From Calditrichia bacterium (GTDB taxonomy: Bacteria > Calditrichota > Calditrichia > RBG-13-44-9 > J075), in NCBI GenBank assembly GCA_050633245.1, contig JBOEGD010000002.1, positions 119,006-183,005 on the forward strand: 64,000 nucleotides of DNA, in the 5' to 3' direction. Position numbers and translations under genes: made by a program. The notes under the pieces are model-generated. The model did no database searches and was not told the origin of the DNA. It was given only the letters and a program-made list of their open reading frames with translations. This document shows, piece by piece, positions 20,539-31,838 of the stretch. How positions within the stretch are numbered: the stretch's first letter is position 1; every line of letters starts with the position of its first letter.

Positions 20539-23500
20539 TTATGCTCCACCACTACCGTGGCATTTTTTATATTTCTTTCCGCTTCCACATGGACACGGAT
20601 CATTTCTTCCAACTTTCTTGTCTGCTCTTATGGGCTGTTTGGCACCTCCGGCTCTCGATTCGCCTTCCTGGGGTGTTCCCGGTGGTCGCTGTGTCTGTGC
20701 AGGCGCATTGAAGCCCATATTGGTTGCATCTTTATGCTGCGTAACCATACGCGACGGTGTTCCGCGACGGCGGTCGCGGCGATCTTGCGGTGCTTCAACA
20801 AACTGTGTTCGCCAAAGCACTTCCAAAATCTTCTGATTGATATTGTCATTGAGATCCAGAAACATTTCGTAGGACTCGCGCTTATACTCAATAAGCGGAT
20901 CTTTCTGACCATAGGCACGCAGGCCAATTCCCTCTTTCAGCATATCCATTTGATGAAGGTGGTCTTTCCAGAGGTCATCAATTACACGAAGTGTAATATG
21001 TTTCTCAAAGTCGCGCAGCAGGTCTTCTCCAACCTTTTCCTGCTTATAGTCGCGAATCTTAAACGCTTCTTCCAGAATATAATCGCGCAGCTCCTCCGGC
21101 CCCGTTTCCATCAGCTTATCTTCGCCAAGGGTATTGAGGTCAATCATCAGAGTTCTGACCAGCATGTCGTTTAGGCCTTCAAAGTCCCAGTCGGAATGCC
21201 CACGCTTTTCACTGAGGAATATCTCGAACTGAGCTTCTATAAAGTCTTCCAGCAGCTCACTCACTTTTTCACGATCGTTCAGACCTTTAAGTGCACTACG
21301 ACGGCGCTCATAGATAACCTCACGCTGCTTGTTCATCACATCATCGTATTCAAGCAGGTGCTTACGAATACCAAAGTTTTGTCCCTCTACGCGCTTCTGG
21401 GCACGTTCAACTGCTTTGGTAACCATGGAGTGGCTGATAACTTCACCCTCCTCTGCACCAAGGCGATCCATCACCTTAATCATACGATCGGAGCCAAACA
21501 GTCGCATCAGATCATCTTCCAGGGAAAGGAAGAATCGGCTGGATCCGGGGTCGCCCTGACGACCGGCACGTCCGCGTAACTGGCGGTCGATACGTCGTGC
21601 TTCATGACGCTCTGTGCCGATAATCTGCAGGCCAAAGGGCGCTTCCTCAGCACCTGTTCCATCGGTATCGAGTTCACCACGGACACCCGTTCCCAGCTTA
21701 ATGTCCGTTCCACGACCAGCCATGTTGGTAGCGATTGTTACCGCTCCCGGCTGACCGGCCTTCTGAACAATCTCGGCTTCCTGCTTGTGATACTTGGCGT
21801 TTAGCACGTGGTGCGGCACGCGGCGCCTCTTCAGCATACGGCTAAGCACCTCAGACACTTCAACCGTAATGGTACCGACCAATACCGGCCGTCCAAGCTT
21901 ATGCAGTCGTTCGACTTCATCGACAACAGCATTGTATTTTTCGCGCTTTGTACGATAGATAAAGTCTTCATTATCTGCTCTGGCAATCGGCACATTGGTT
22001 GGAATAACAACCACGTCCAATTTATAAATATCCCAGAACTCATTTGCTTCCGTTTCAGCCGTTCCGGTCATTCCGGCCAGCTTGTCGTACAATCGGAAGT
22101 AGTTCTGTAGTGTAATCGTGGCCAGAGTTTGAGTCTCATTCTCGACTTTTACATTTTCTTTCGCTTCCAGCGCCTGATGCAGCCCGTCACTAAAGCGGCG
22201 GCCATACATAATGCGACCGGTGAACTCATCTACGATCAGAACTTTGCCTTCTTGAACCACATAAGTAATATCTTTTTCGAAAAGCGTATAAGCCTTCAAA
22301 AGCTGTGATATATTGTGAAGTTTTTCATTCTTTCGGGCATATTCAATCTGTAGTTCATTCTTTTGCTCGCGACGCTGCTCTTCGCTAAGCTCCTCATCTC
22401 CTTCAATTCGACTGAACTCTTCCGGCAAATCGGGAAGAATAAACTCTGATGAATCGTTTGGAGACAGTTCTTCACGTCCCTTATCCGTAAGGTCAGCAAT
22501 ATTGCGCTTCTCATCTACACTGTAATACAGTTCTTCATCAACTTCATGCAAACGCTTGTCGCGAATAAAGGCATTCTCTACTTCAAACACCAGCTTCTGC
22601 ACACCTTCCTGCTGATACAGTTTGCGCAGGCGATTGTTTTTCGGAGCGCCACGTTGTGCGATAAGAAGCTTTAAACCAGCTTCTTCTAACTCATCCTGCT
22701 CCAGAAGCTTCTCGCCGTCGGCGATCAGTTCAGTTACATAGCGATTTTGCAGCCTTACCAGCTTATCGACAATCGGCTTTACAATGTTGTAGTTTTCATG
22801 TGAGGAATGTTCAACGGCACCAGAAATAATCAGCGGTGTTCGCGCTTCATCAATCAGTACGCTGTCGACCTCATCAATAATACAATAGTTATGGCCACGG
22901 ACCTGAGACATCAGTTCTTCTGAGCCTGCCATATTATCGCGCAGGTAATCAAAGCCGAACTCGTTATTGGTTCCATAGGTAATGTCGCTCATATACGCTT
23001 CACGACGTTTCGACGGCTCCATGTTATTTAGGATAATACCAACGGTTAGGCCAAGAAATTCGAAGATTGGTCGCATCCATTCAGCATCTCGCTGAGCAAG
23101 ATAATCGTTCACGGTAATGAGGTGCGCACCTTCACCGGAAAGCGCATTTAAATAGAGCGGCAGCGTGGCTACCAGCGTTTTACCTTCTCCCGTTGCCATC
23201 TCGGCGATCTTTCCCTGATGTAAAACGATACCGCCGATTAGCTGCACATCGAAGTGCACCATTTCCCAGACGGTTTCCTTACCGGCCACCATAAAGGACT
23301 TACCGCAAAGGCGACGAGCGGTTTCTTTGACGGCTGCAAATGCCTCGGGCAGAATATCATCAAGAGTTTCGCCTTCTTCCAGGCGTCCGCGGAACTCGGG
23401 TGTTTTTGCTTGTAGTTCTTCATCGCTCAGGTTGGCATAAGACGCGAAGTGTTCATTGATTTCATCAATAAGACCGTCCATTTTACGGACTTCGCGGTCA

Positions 23501-23541
23501 TTTTTACTACCAAATACTTTCTTAAAAAGCTGTGTTACCAT
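20539..23541 (-). CDS. secA: Preprotein translocase subunit SecA
   Basis: [35 protein letters not shown]-terminal SEC-C motif [13 protein letters not shown]. Confidence 0.99.
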   Translation of the reverse strand: MVTQLFKKVFGSKNDREVRKMDGLIDEINEHFASYANLSDEELQAKTPEFRGRLEEGETLDDILPEAFAAVKETARRLCGKSFMVAGKETVWEMVHFDVQLIGGIVLHQGKIAEMATGEGKTLVATLPLYLNALSGEGAHLITVNDYLAQRDAEWMRPIFEFLGLTVGIILNNMEPSKRREAYMSDITYGTNNEFGFDYLRDNMAGSEELMSQVRGHNYCIIDEVDSVLIDEARTPLIISGAVEHSSHENYNIVKPIVDKLVRLQNRYVTELIADGEKLLEQDELEEAGLKLLIAQRGAPKNNRLRKLYQQEGVQKLVFEVENAFIRDKRLHEVDEELYYSVDEKRNIADLTDKGREELSPNDSSEFILPDLPEEFSRIEGDEELSEEQRREQKNELQIEYARKNEKLHNISQLLKAYTLFEKDITYVVQEGKVLIVDEFTGRIMYGRRFSDGLHQALEAKENVKVENETQTLATITLQNYFRLYDKLAGMTGTAETEANEFWDIYKLDVVVIPTNVPIARADNEDFIYRTKREKYNAVVDEVERLHKLGRPVLVGTITVEVSEVLSRMLKRRRVPHHVLNAKYHKQEAEIVQKAGQPGAVTIATNMAGRGTDIKLGTGVRGELDTDGTGAEEAPFGLQIIGTERHEARRIDRQLRGRAGRQGDPGSSRFFLSLEDDLMRLFGSDRMIKVMDRLGAEEGEVISHSMVTKAVERAQKRVEGQNFGIRKHLLEYDDVMNKQREVIYERRRSALKGLNDREKVSELLEDFIEAQFEIFLSEKRGHSDWDFEGLNDMLVRTLMIDLNTLGEDKLMETGPEELRDYILEEAFKIRDYKQEKVGEDLLRDFEKHITLRVIDDLWKDHLHQMDMLKEGIGLRAYGQKDPLIEYKRESYEMFLDLNDNINQKILEVLWRTQFVEAPQDRRDRRRGTPSRMVTQHKDATNMGFNAPAQTQRPPGTPQEGESRAGGAKQPIRADKKVGRNDPCPCGSGKKYKKCHGSGGA

Positions 23542-23689
23542 GTTTTCCTCTATTGATTCGGGAGAATATCTCCCTGCATACTAATTTTCGTCTGGCACTC
23601 ACCAATACCTTAGATGAGATTGCGTAAATCAAGTTACAAAAATAGGCTTTTAGGGATGAGTACGCAATACTTTTCTTGGGTAGAAAAGA

Positions 23690-24409
23690 CTATTGCCCCG
23701 CGAATAGACGCATAGCGAGAAAGGACGGAAGTTGGCTGTCGATTATTTGCTGATAGGTAGTTTCAACCGGATATTCGAGACGAACATAGCGCAATGAAGT
23801 GGTATCGCTGTCATAGATTACAAAGCAGGAACGCGGGTCTCCATCGCGTGGCTGTCCGATGCTTCCCACATTGACGATATAGCGATCCTTGCTCAGATCT
23901 AACGTAATATCCTCCTCATCCATAACGCCTTCGTTATAAGAGAAGATAACCGGAATATGCGAATGTCCTATAAAAGCAACTTTTTGTTTGATAGCGTCCA
24001 GATTGCGACGAGCGTCTTCTGCAGAGAAAATATAGTGCCATTCTTTGGGCTGAACCGGCGTTGCATGCACAAACATGGCATCGCCAGCAGTGGAAATAAA
24101 CGGCATATTTTCGAGATAGGATTTATTGTACTGCGTCATCGTGCGACGCGTCCAGAGAACAGCGTCGCGTGCATATTGATTGAAGTGATTAACATCGGTT
24201 AGGCCAAGAACGGCATGGTCGTGATTTCCCATCAAGCACACATCGGTGTGCTCTTTAACGAGTTCAACGCATTCATTTGGCTTTGGGCCATAACCTACAA
24301 CATCTCCCAGGCAAATAATACTGGATACTTCTTCCGATTCTAGATGAGTTAATACATTCTTGAGCGCTTCAACATTGCCGTGAATATCGGAGATAATGGC
24401 ATATTTCAC
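23690..24409 (-). CDS. Calcineurin-like metallophosphoesterase
   Basis: SDIHGN, LGDVVGYG, GNHD, GHSH, NVGSIGQPRDG. Confidence 0.92.
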   Translation of the reverse strand: MKYAIISDIHGNVEALKNVLTHLESEEVSSIICLGDVVGYGPKPNECVELVKEHTDVCLMGNHDHAVLGLTDVNHFNQYARDAVLWTRRTMTQYNKSYLENMPFISTAGDAMFVHATPVQPKEWHYIFSAEDARRNLDAIKQKVAFIGHSHIPVIFSYNEGVMDEEDITLDLSKDRYIVNVGSIGQPRDGDPRSCFVIYDSDTTSLRYVRLEYPVETTYQQIIDSQLPSFLAMRLFAGQ

Positions 24410-24888
24410 TAGGTATTGCCTTTTTGCTGGGGTTGCTTTTTGCGGTTGAGGGCGACCTTTACAGGGATATTTTTCAGCAACTTATTGTCGGCTTTTAGTT
24501 CTTTGTAGATGGAATCGAGGATGCCATTCACAAATTTCCGACTCTTCAAGTTACTAAAATCCTTACTGATTTCCAATGCTTCATTAATGGTCACTTCCAC
24601 GGGGATGTCTGGAAAATGGATCATTTCGCAAAGTGCCATACGGATCAATACACGATCCAACACAGCAACGCGCTGATAATCCCAGTTACGGAGATGCTTC
24701 TTGATGAGATCATTTAGCTCATCTTCGTGTTCCGTTGTAATAACTGCGAGATCCATGGTAAACGGGATAACCCGTTCCTCGAGGCTTTCGGACACCTTCG
24801 AAGCCACATCCCTGATATTTTCACGCAAAAAATCATTGGTGAAAAGAATTTGCAAGGCCGTCCTGCGTGCCAATCGACGAGAGAGCAT
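24409..24888 (-). CDS. nusB: Transcription antitermination factor NusB
   Basis: RRLARR, DRVLIRMA, INEALEISK, KFVNGILD. Confidence 0.93.
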   Translation of the reverse strand: MLSRRLARRTALQILFTNDFLRENIRDVASKVSESLEERVIPFTMDLAVITTEHEDELNDLIKKHLRNWDYQRVAVLDRVLIRMALCEMIHFPDIPVEVTINEALEISKDFSNLKSRKFVNGILDSIYKELKADNKLLKNIPVKVALNRKKQPQQKGNT

Positions 24889-25218
24889 TACGTTGTCCTC
24901 TAGCTGCTTAAAATCCGTTTATCCAGCACTTTACTGAACTTTTGAACGCGGGGTCGTGCGCTTAATCAATACAATTGATATAGCGTTCAGAATTAACTGA
25001 ATAAGACGCCCGGATCTCCGGATGCATTGAATACGATTTCATCACTCCGCATACGTCCCGCATGCCGCAATGGGGTTGCCAATCAACCGATTATGTCATT
25101 AATCAAAGAACAGAAAATCTTTATTTGCCTGTTTATCGAACCAGGCGCTGCTGCCCTCATCCCAAAATAAAGGGATGGAAGTTAGCCGATTTAAACTGTA
25201 AATCCAATACGAATGTAA

Positions 25219-26409
25219 TTATGCAGTTGCTTCAACAACAACGGCTACTGCTTCTCCCCCACCAATACAAAGGGTAGCTAATCCACGTTTTGCGCCAGTG
25301 CGCTGCATGTTGTGTAGTAGCGTGGTAAAAATACGCGCACCACTTGCACCAATCGGATGTCCAATAGCGATGGCACCACCACTCGGATTCACCTTCGCCG
25401 GATCGATTTTCAGCGATGTATTTGCAGCCATGGTCACTACTGCAAAAGCTTCATTGATTTCGAAGAGATCAATATCATCAACCGACAGGTCATTACGCTT
25501 CAAAACCGTTTGCATTGCGTCTACCGGTGCGGTAGTAAACCATTCGGGCTCCTTCGAGGCCGTGCTGTATCCTACGATGCGGGCAATTGGCGTCAGGTTT
25601 AGTTTCTCTGCCGTCTCGGCTGCCATAACCACAATTGCCGACGCACCATCATTAATTGTTGAGGCATTCGCCGCAGTAATGGTGCCTTCCTTGTCGAACA
25701 CCGGACGAAGGGAAGGAATCTTCTCAAACTTAACACGTGCCGGTTCTTCATCGGTATCAACAACGGTATCGCCTTTGCGTCCCTTAATAACAACCGGAAC
25801 GATTTCTTCAGTAAAATGGCCGCTTTCCTGTGCAGCTTGCGCCCGCTTATAGCTGGCAGTAGCAAACTCATCTTGTGCTTCACGGCTAAATTCATATTTG
25901 CTTGCGCACATTTCAGCAGCATTTCCCATGTGGAAATCGTTATAGACATCCCAAAGGCCATCGCGGATCATACTGTCGACTACCTCATTGTGCCCCATAC
26001 GATAGCCAAAACGTGCCTTCTCGAGTAAATAAGGTGCATTGCTCATGCTTTCCATACCACCGGCAATAACGACATCGGCATCGCCAATGGCAATGGCCTG
26101 GCTGGCCAGCATTACAGCTTTCAATCCAGAGCCACACATTTTATTAATAGTCAAACAGCTCACGCTCTTTGGGAGACCGGCATAAATTGCAGCCTGGCGC
26201 GCGGGAGCCTGTCCAAGACCGGCAGCGAGCACATTTCCCATAATCACCTTATCTACAGCTTCCGGCTTCACACCAGCTTTTTCGAGAGCACCCTTTATGG
26301 CAATACTGCCCAGTTCCGGTGCGCGTACAGAGGATAATGTTCCACCATAACTACCTACCGGCGTACGGACGGCGGAAACTATAACAACGTCACGAATAGA
26401 TTTACTCAT
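25219..26409 (-). CDS. atoB: Acetyl-CoA C-acetyltransferase (thiolase)
   Basis: NKMCGSG, EINEAFA, GHPIGASG, LCIGGG. Confidence 0.93.
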   Translation of the reverse strand: MSKSIRDVVIVSAVRTPVGSYGGTLSSVRAPELGSIAIKGALEKAGVKPEAVDKVIMGNVLAAGLGQAPARQAAIYAGLPKSVSCLTINKMCGSGLKAVMLASQAIAIGDADVVIAGGMESMSNAPYLLEKARFGYRMGHNEVVDSMIRDGLWDVYNDFHMGNAAEMCASKYEFSREAQDEFATASYKRAQAAQESGHFTEEIVPVVIKGRKGDTVVDTDEEPARVKFEKIPSLRPVFDKEGTITAANASTINDGASAIVVMAAETAEKLNLTPIARIVGYSTASKEPEWFTTAPVDAMQTVLKRNDLSVDDIDLFEINEAFAVVTMAANTSLKIDPAKVNPSGGAIAIGHPIGASGARIFTTLLHNMQRTGAKRGLATLCIGGGEAVAVVVEATA

Positions 26410-27419
26410 TCGTCTTCTCCTGATGTATTTTTATTATGTTCATCATATGCTAAAATTATATCGCGGACTAATCGGTGTCGCACGACATCGGCGCGATCGA
26501 GGTGAATAAATTCGATGCCGTCAATATTGCGCAGGATATCCAGGATCTCAATTAACCCGGACACCATTCTTGGAGGAAGGTCAATTTGGGTGGCGTCACC
26601 AGTAACGATAGCTTTGGAATTCACCCCCAAACGCGTCAGGAACATCTTCATCTGCATTGAGGTGGCGTTCTGCGATTCATCCAGAATAACAAAGGAATTG
26701 TTGATGGTGCGTCCACGCATGTACGCCAGCGGAATCACTTCAATAATCCCCTGTTCCATATATTTTTTCACCATTTCGCGGGGCATCATATCGCCGATAG
26801 CATCGTAGAGTGGTCTCAGATAAGGGTCGATTTTCTCTTTAAAGTCTCCCGGTAAAAAACCCAGGCTCTCCCCCGCTTCTACCGCCGGACGCGCCAAGAC
26901 AATCTTTTTAACGCGTTTTTCCTTTAATGCAGCTACAGCAAGTGCAACGGTCATATAGGTTTTACCCGTTCCGGCAGGACCAACAACTACCACAAGATCA
27001 TTTTTCCTACTGGCCTGAACAATCCGATGCTGTCCCTTGGTACGTGGTTTTACATAGCCGTTTTTTGTGAACAGGACGACTTCATCCAGTTCATTTGCTG
27101 CATTCTCGCGTTCCGAACTTCCTTCCGGTGCGCTGCCAACAACATCTGATTTTACAATGTGTATTAACGTTTCAATATCTTCGCGAATCAGCTGTCCGTT
27201 TTTATTGGCAATAAAGGTGAGTTCGCTAAGAATATTTTCTACCTGATTGGCTTCTTCCTGCGGACCACGAATTTTCAGCTGGTCTCCGCGGGCAATTAAT
27301 TGAACCGGGAAGTGACGCTCAATCAGCTTTAAAAACTGATCGCCAATACCGTAGAGCACAATCGGATCCACTTTATCGACGGTAAAAAGAATTTCAAACT
27401 GTTCTGAATCTGTATTCAT
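26406..27419 (-). CDS. phoH: PhoH/YbeZ-family ATPase
   Basis: GPAGTGKT, RPAVEAGESLGFLPGD, YMRGRT, DESQN; start MNTDS at 27419. Confidence 0.93.
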   Translation of the reverse strand: MNTDSEQFEILFTVDKVDPIVLYGIGDQFLKLIERHFPVQLIARGDQLKIRGPQEEANQVENILSELTFIANKNGQLIREDIETLIHIVKSDVVGSAPEGSSERENAANELDEVVLFTKNGYVKPRTKGQHRIVQASRKNDLVVVVGPAGTGKTYMTVALAVAALKEKRVKKIVLARPAVEAGESLGFLPGDFKEKIDPYLRPLYDAIGDMMPREMVKKYMEQGIIEVIPLAYMRGRTINNSFVILDESQNATSMQMKMFLTRLGVNSKAIVTGDATQIDLPPRMVSGLIEILDILRNIDGIEFIHLDRADVVRHRLVRDIILAYDEHNKNTSGEDE

Positions 27420-27452
27420 ACGCTCCTTGAGTATTAGAACCAGCATAAACAT

Positions 27453-27486
27453 AAAAAGGCTCTTGGCAAAAGCCAAGAGCCTTTTT
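27453..27486 (-). terminator. Intrinsic terminator after the LysM gene
   Basis: AAAAAGGCTCTTGGC-AAAA-GCCAAGAGCCTTTTT. Confidence 0.85.
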
Positions 27487-27510
27487 AAGAATTAAAAATG
27501 TCAGACGCGA

Positions 27511-28362
27511 TTAACGGCCGGGAATCTTCAGCAGAGTATGCGGATAAATCAGATTCGGATCGGTACCGATAAGGTCTTTATTGGCTTCATAAATCGACTG
27601 CCAGCGGAATGCACTGCCATAGCCTTTAGCGATGCTGGTTAGAGCTTCACCACGAGCAACGACATGTTCACCTATTCCAGCCTGACGAACAATACGGAAT
27701 ACCTGACGCGGATAGATTAGATCGGGATCTTTGATCTGCTCGCGGTTAGCGGTATAAATTCTCATCCAGGCATAAGGATCACCGAAGGTTTCCTGACGAC
27801 CGGCAATTTTCCAGAGGTAATCGCCACGAACAACTTCGTAACGGCCAGCTGCAGAAGGCTGTCCTTTTTGCTCAGCTTGATCGATAAGTCCCTGAATGCG
27901 CTGAATAGCAGCATACGGGTCGGGACCAAGGCTAATTTTGCTTTTCTGTAGCTCGGCGAGACGGTCTTTAAAACCCTGTAGCTCTGCGCGACGGCTATAG
28001 ATTTCTTCCGGCGAAAGTGCCAAGAAGCCTTTTACATCATTTTCAAGAGCGGTCAATTCTGCCATGTAGGCTTCGTAACCTGCTTTATCAGTGCCAAGTG
28101 CAGCATAAATGGCTTCCCATTCTGCATCAGTGGCGGCCATTGCTTCATCAATTGCGGTCTGTGCTGCTGCTTTGGCGGCATCACATTCTGCAATAGAGGC
28201 AGTGGCATCGGCAAGTTTCTTCTGCCATTTTGCTAACTCGGCAGTGTACTCTTCCATCTTCATTTCTTCATAATTATAGCTGTATTGCTGGCCAAACGCA
28301 CTTGAGGCGAATAGCAAAACCAGCAAACAGGTCGTTACGGAAAATGCTTTAAACATCATCAT
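27511..28362 (-). CDS. Secreted coiled-coil protein with two C-terminal LysM domains
   Basis: Signal peptide; Ala/Glu-rich helical region; YEVVRGDYLWKIA...DPDLIYP and HVVARGEALTSIA...DPNLIYP. Confidence 0.9.
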   Translation of the reverse strand: MMMFKAFSVTTCLLVLLFASSAFGQQYSYNYEEMKMEEYTAELAKWQKKLADATASIAECDAAKAAAQTAIDEAMAATDAEWEAIYAALGTDKAGYEAYMAELTALENDVKGFLALSPEEIYSRRAELQGFKDRLAELQKSKISLGPDPYAAIQRIQGLIDQAEQKGQPSAAGRYEVVRGDYLWKIAGRQETFGDPYAWMRIYTANREQIKDPDLIYPRQVFRIVRQAGIGEHVVARGEALTSIAKGYGSAFRWQSIYEANKDLIGTDPNLIYPHTLLKIPGR

Positions 28363-28386
28363 CTGTCTCCAATTGGTTTGCTATTA

Positions 28387-28665
28387 TTATTCACCTTGCC
28401 AAGACGAAAGGCGTTCCATCATAGCAGCTTTTTCATCTTTTACGCGCTGTAGTTCAGCTTGCGTATTAGACAGCTTGCTATCCAAGGCCGATTTTTCACT
28501 ATTGCAATCTGCAACTTTTTGTTCTGCGGAGAGAGCCGCAGACCGTGCTTCTTCCATTGCGCGGATTTGATCTTCATTAGGATGACTCGTACATCCTGAT
28601 GCGAAGATCAGCGCAGCAGCGGAAACAGCCATCACTACGGTATTCATTTTTTTAGCCAAAGCCAT
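28387..28665 (-). CDS. Small coiled-coil (alanine-zipper-like) lipoprotein
   Basis: Lipobox FASG-C followed by a heptad-repeat helix; GAGG RBS. Confidence 0.8.
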   Translation of the reverse strand: MALAKKMNTVVMAVSAAALIFASGCTSHPNEDQIRAMEEARSAALSAEQKVADCNSEKSALDSKLSNTQAELQRVKDEKAAMMERLSSWQGE

Positions 28666-28833
28666 CTCGTGGCCTCCTCTGGATTAGATTATTGGCAAAA
28701 AAATAACGAAAATAGCCCATAGTTGTCAAGGGCTAAAACGATAAATTTAGGTTATTTATAAAATTTATCGCAAATAAGGCCCAAAAACCAAGAACCGACA
28801 TTCATTATCCTTCAACCATCCTATTTAATATAC

Positions 28834-30603
28834 TTATTTCTTATCGCTGATTTTAATACCAAGCTCCTTTAACTGCTGCTCATCAGCCGGTCCGGGGGTG
28901 TTTTCCATAAGCCCTACAGCACTTGCTGTTTTCGGAAACGCAATGACGTCGCGAATGGAATTGGCATTCGCCATCAGCATAACCAACCGATCGAAACCAA
29001 AGGCCACACCGCCATGAGGCGGAGCACCATACTCAAGTGCTTCGAGAAGAAAGCCGAACTTCAGCTCAGACTCCTCTTTGCCCATTTTCAATGCGGAAAA
29101 CACCTGCTGCTGAATCTCGCGGGTATGAATACGAATACTTCCTCCGGCAATTTCATTACCGTTGTAGATTAGATCGTAGGCACGTGCCAGTACCTCACCC
29201 GGATTGCTTTCCAGAATATCCATGTGCTCCAGCTTCGGGGAGGTAAACGGATGATGGCGTGCGACGTAGCGTTCCTCATCTTCACTATATTCAAACATCG
29301 GAAAGTCGATTGTCCAATGCAAACTATGTGCAGATTCATCGATCAACTCAAGCTGCTTTGCCAGACGATTGCGCAGGAATCCGAGAAGTGTAAGCGTGGT
29401 TTCACTGGCTACATTGGCAACAACCAGAAGTAAGGCATTGTTTTTCAATCCTAACTGTTCGGTAAGCGCCTTGCGTTCTTCTTCGGTAACAAACTTGCTG
29501 ATACCGCTTTCAAACTGACCTTCCTTATACTTGATAAAGGCCAGGCCACCGGCTCCCAACGACCGCATGTACTCCGTCAGATCGTCAATTTGTTTACGCG
29601 AGAAATCGGCAGCTTCTTCCACAACCAGAGCACCAATACGTCCACCGGCATCGAGAACGCTGCGAAAAACCTTAAACTCGGTCGACTTAAATATATCGTT
29701 CAGGTGTTGAATTTCGAGACCAAAGCGAGTATCTGGCTTATCGGAGCCAAAGCGTTCCATACATTCCTTATACGTAAGACGCGGCAGCGGCATTTCCAGC
29801 TCTACATCCAGCACATCTTTAAAGAGTTGCCCCATAAAGCGTTCGACCACATCGATAATGTCTTCTTCATCTACAAATGACATTTCTACGTCAATCTGAG
29901 TGAATTCCGGTTGCCGATCGCTTCGCAGATCCTCATCGCGAAAGCACTTTACAACCTGAAAATATCGATCGAGCCCGGCCATCATCAGAATCTGCTTATA
30001 GGTTTGCGGAGACTGCGGCAGTGCAAAGAATTGACCGTGCTGAAGTCTGGCAGGAACGAGAAAGTCACGCGCACCTTCCGGCGTGCTTTTGGTAAGAATC
30101 GGCGTTTCTATTTCAAGAAAGCCTTCATCCGAGAAAAATCGTCTGCTGGCCTGAGCAATGCGATGACGATAGACCATCATATCGCGCAGGCGCTCGCGGC
30201 GAAGATCGAGATAGCGATATTTCAAGCGCAGATCTTCAGATGCCTCAACATAGTCCTTTATTTCAAACGGCGGCGTTTTACTGGAGTTTAGGATTTCCAG
30301 GTCTTCCGCATAAATTTCAACTTCACCGGTAGCCATATTGCGATTAACATTGTCACCCGGACGTGGCATAACCTTGCCGGAAATAGCAATCACAAATTCT
30401 GACCGCAGCTTCTTACTACGCTCATAGACGTCCTTTTCACTGGGCGAGAACATTACCTGAACGATGCCATAGCGATCGCGTAAATCAATAAAAAATACGC
30501 CACCAAGGTCTCGCCAGTTACTAACCCAGCCGCTGACAACAACATTTGTTTCTTTCTGTTCCAGCGTCACTTTGCCGCAATAGTGTGTGCGCTTGAGTCT
30601 CAT
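28834..30603 (-). CDS. aspS: Aspartate-tRNA ligase
   Basis: RTHYCG, RLKYRYLDLRR, STPEGARDF, FRDEDLRSDRQPEFTQ, GAPPHGG; true start MRLKRTH at 30603. Confidence 0.98.
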   Translation of the reverse strand: MRLKRTHYCGKVTLEQKETNVVVSGWVSNWRDLGGVFFIDLRDRYGIVQVMFSPSEKDVYERSKKLRSEFVIAISGKVMPRPGDNVNRNMATGEVEIYAEDLEILNSSKTPPFEIKDYVEASEDLRLKYRYLDLRRERLRDMMVYRHRIAQASRRFFSDEGFLEIETPILTKSTPEGARDFLVPARLQHGQFFALPQSPQTYKQILMMAGLDRYFQVVKCFRDEDLRSDRQPEFTQIDVEMSFVDEEDIIDVVERFMGQLFKDVLDVELEMPLPRLTYKECMERFGSDKPDTRFGLEIQHLNDIFKSTEFKVFRSVLDAGGRIGALVVEEAADFSRKQIDDLTEYMRSLGAGGLAFIKYKEGQFESGISKFVTEEERKALTEQLGLKNNALLLVVANVASETTLTLLGFLRNRLAKQLELIDESAHSLHWTIDFPMFEYSEDEERYVARHHPFTSPKLEHMDILESNPGEVLARAYDLIYNGNEIAGGSIRIHTREIQQQVFSALKMGKEESELKFGFLLEALEYGAPPHGGVAFGFDRLVMLMANANSIRDVIAFPKTASAVGLMENTPGPADEQQLKELGIKISDKK

Positions 30604-30639
30604 AGAATCTCCTGAATGGAATTTTGTCTGAAGCCGCAA

Positions 30640-30668
30640 AATATACATGCCACAAGGCGGGCAATCAA
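30640..30668 (-). promoter_or_regulatory. Putative sigma70-type promoter of aspS
   Basis: TTGATT-N17-TATATT about 36 nt upstream of the start codon. Confidence 0.55.
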
Positions 30669-30696
30669 GTGTAAAGTTCTTACGAGTAGATTTAGC

Positions 30697-30733
30697 AAAA
30701 AAAAAGAGAACCTGTTGCACAGGCTCTCTTTTT
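30697..30733 (-). terminator. Intrinsic terminator closing the Agl/Glt-like cluster
   Basis: AGAGA(G/A)CCTG hairpin followed by a T9 tract on the minus strand. Confidence 0.75.
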
Positions 30734-30757
30734 ATATACCAAAGATGGAGAATTCTT

Positions 30758-31795
30758 TTAGAAAATAAAAGGCACGCGAATTTTAACCGGTCCGCCATCA
30801 TCGACAGCACCAAAGCGCCAGCGTTTAATGTTGCGAACAATACAGGATTCAAGCCTCTTATCGCCCAAGCTGGAGTTCAGAATAGTCGCTTGGTTTACGC
30901 GTCCGCGCGGTGCAATAGTGATTTCCAAATCAATACGTCCTTTAAGATTCGGGTTCACCTTAGCTCGCTGCTTGTAACAATATTCGATAGTCGCGCTTTG
31001 CTTGTTTATCGCTGCGGTAATCGTCTCGGAGTCACGCGAACCGGCACCTTGAGTGAGACGCACATTCTCGGACTTCAGATTGATCTTACCGCGACGTGAG
31101 AAGTTAGAAGAACCGCTGACGGTTTCACCGCTAATCATTCCGTCAATATTCACACCTGTCCCGTCATTACGCTGACCAGAACCTTTGGCTGCACGAGTGC
31201 GATCTCCGGGGTCTCCGGCTACGCTAATACCAGACGTTCCTTCGACAACCGCGCCGATATCACCCACGCCTCCGCCTTCCAGGTTCTGAAGCACGTCGTT
31301 ATACGCGACGTTTCCGGCTCCGGCTCCACCAGCAGACGTTGCAATAGCCAGGATACCCTGATTCGCAACTTCCTGCTGCATCTTGCGAGAGCGTTCTTCA
31401 GCAGATGCCTGTGTGCGTTTGCGTCGTTCGACCTTCTGAGTCTGAGACTCTTCAACACGCTCGCGACCTTTATCGCTTACATCGGTTTCTTCTTCCTCTT
31501 CAACGGGAGCTTCACCAGATCCCTGCTCATCCTCTGGTTCGGGCTCAGGTTCTTCCGGCATGATGATATCCGTATATACCTTCTGGATAACACGCTCTTT
31601 CAGAGCAGTAATCTGATCTTCACTGAGCTGCCAATCCTGCGAGGCAACATAGAAGCCGAATCCGTAAAAGAGCAGGAAACTTAGCAAAAAAATGCTATAG
31701 TAGCGCTTGTCGAACGATTCGAACAGATTCCTCTCGAACTCTTTCGGGAATCCGGCCAGTCGAAAGCCACCGGCACCTGGACGTTTTACATTCAT
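30758..31795 (-). CDS. AgmX/PglI (GltG-like) TonB-type energy transducer
   Basis: Single TM helix, Pro/Glu-rich linker, GILA motif, Gly-rich spacer and C-terminal IEYCYK..NPNLKGRI...ESCIVRNIKRWRF...RVPFIF with the Cys pair typical of AgmX/PglI C-terminal domains. Confidence 0.85.
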   Translation of the reverse strand: MNVKRPGAGGFRLAGFPKEFERNLFESFDKRYYSIFLLSFLLFYGFGFYVASQDWQLSEDQITALKERVIQKVYTDIIMPEEPEPEPEDEQGSGEAPVEEEEETDVSDKGRERVEESQTQKVERRKRTQASAEERSRKMQQEVANQGILAIATSAGGAGAGNVAYNDVLQNLEGGGVGDIGAVVEGTSGISVAGDPGDRTRAAKGSGQRNDGTGVNIDGMISGETVSGSSNFSRRGKINLKSENVRLTQGAGSRDSETITAAINKQSATIEYCYKQRAKVNPNLKGRIDLEITIAPRGRVNQATILNSSLGDKRLESCIVRNIKRWRFGAVDDGGPVKIRVPFIF

Positions 31796-31838
31796 TTAAT
31801 TTTTCCTCTGACTACTGGATAAAATCCTGTTAATACGC

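Noticed and set aside
24889-25218. ribH remnant, ncRNA or the 71 aa ORF (25062-25277) upstream of nusB
   Set aside because: No recognisable protein or RNA motif; the ORF has no RBS and overlaps the thiolase antisense.
30604-30852. N-terminal extension of AspS given in the ORF track (similarly for pgk, phoH, the rhodanese and the TPR lipoprotein)
   Set aside because: The extensions run through terminators, promoters or neighbouring genes, and downstream ATGs match the family N-termini.
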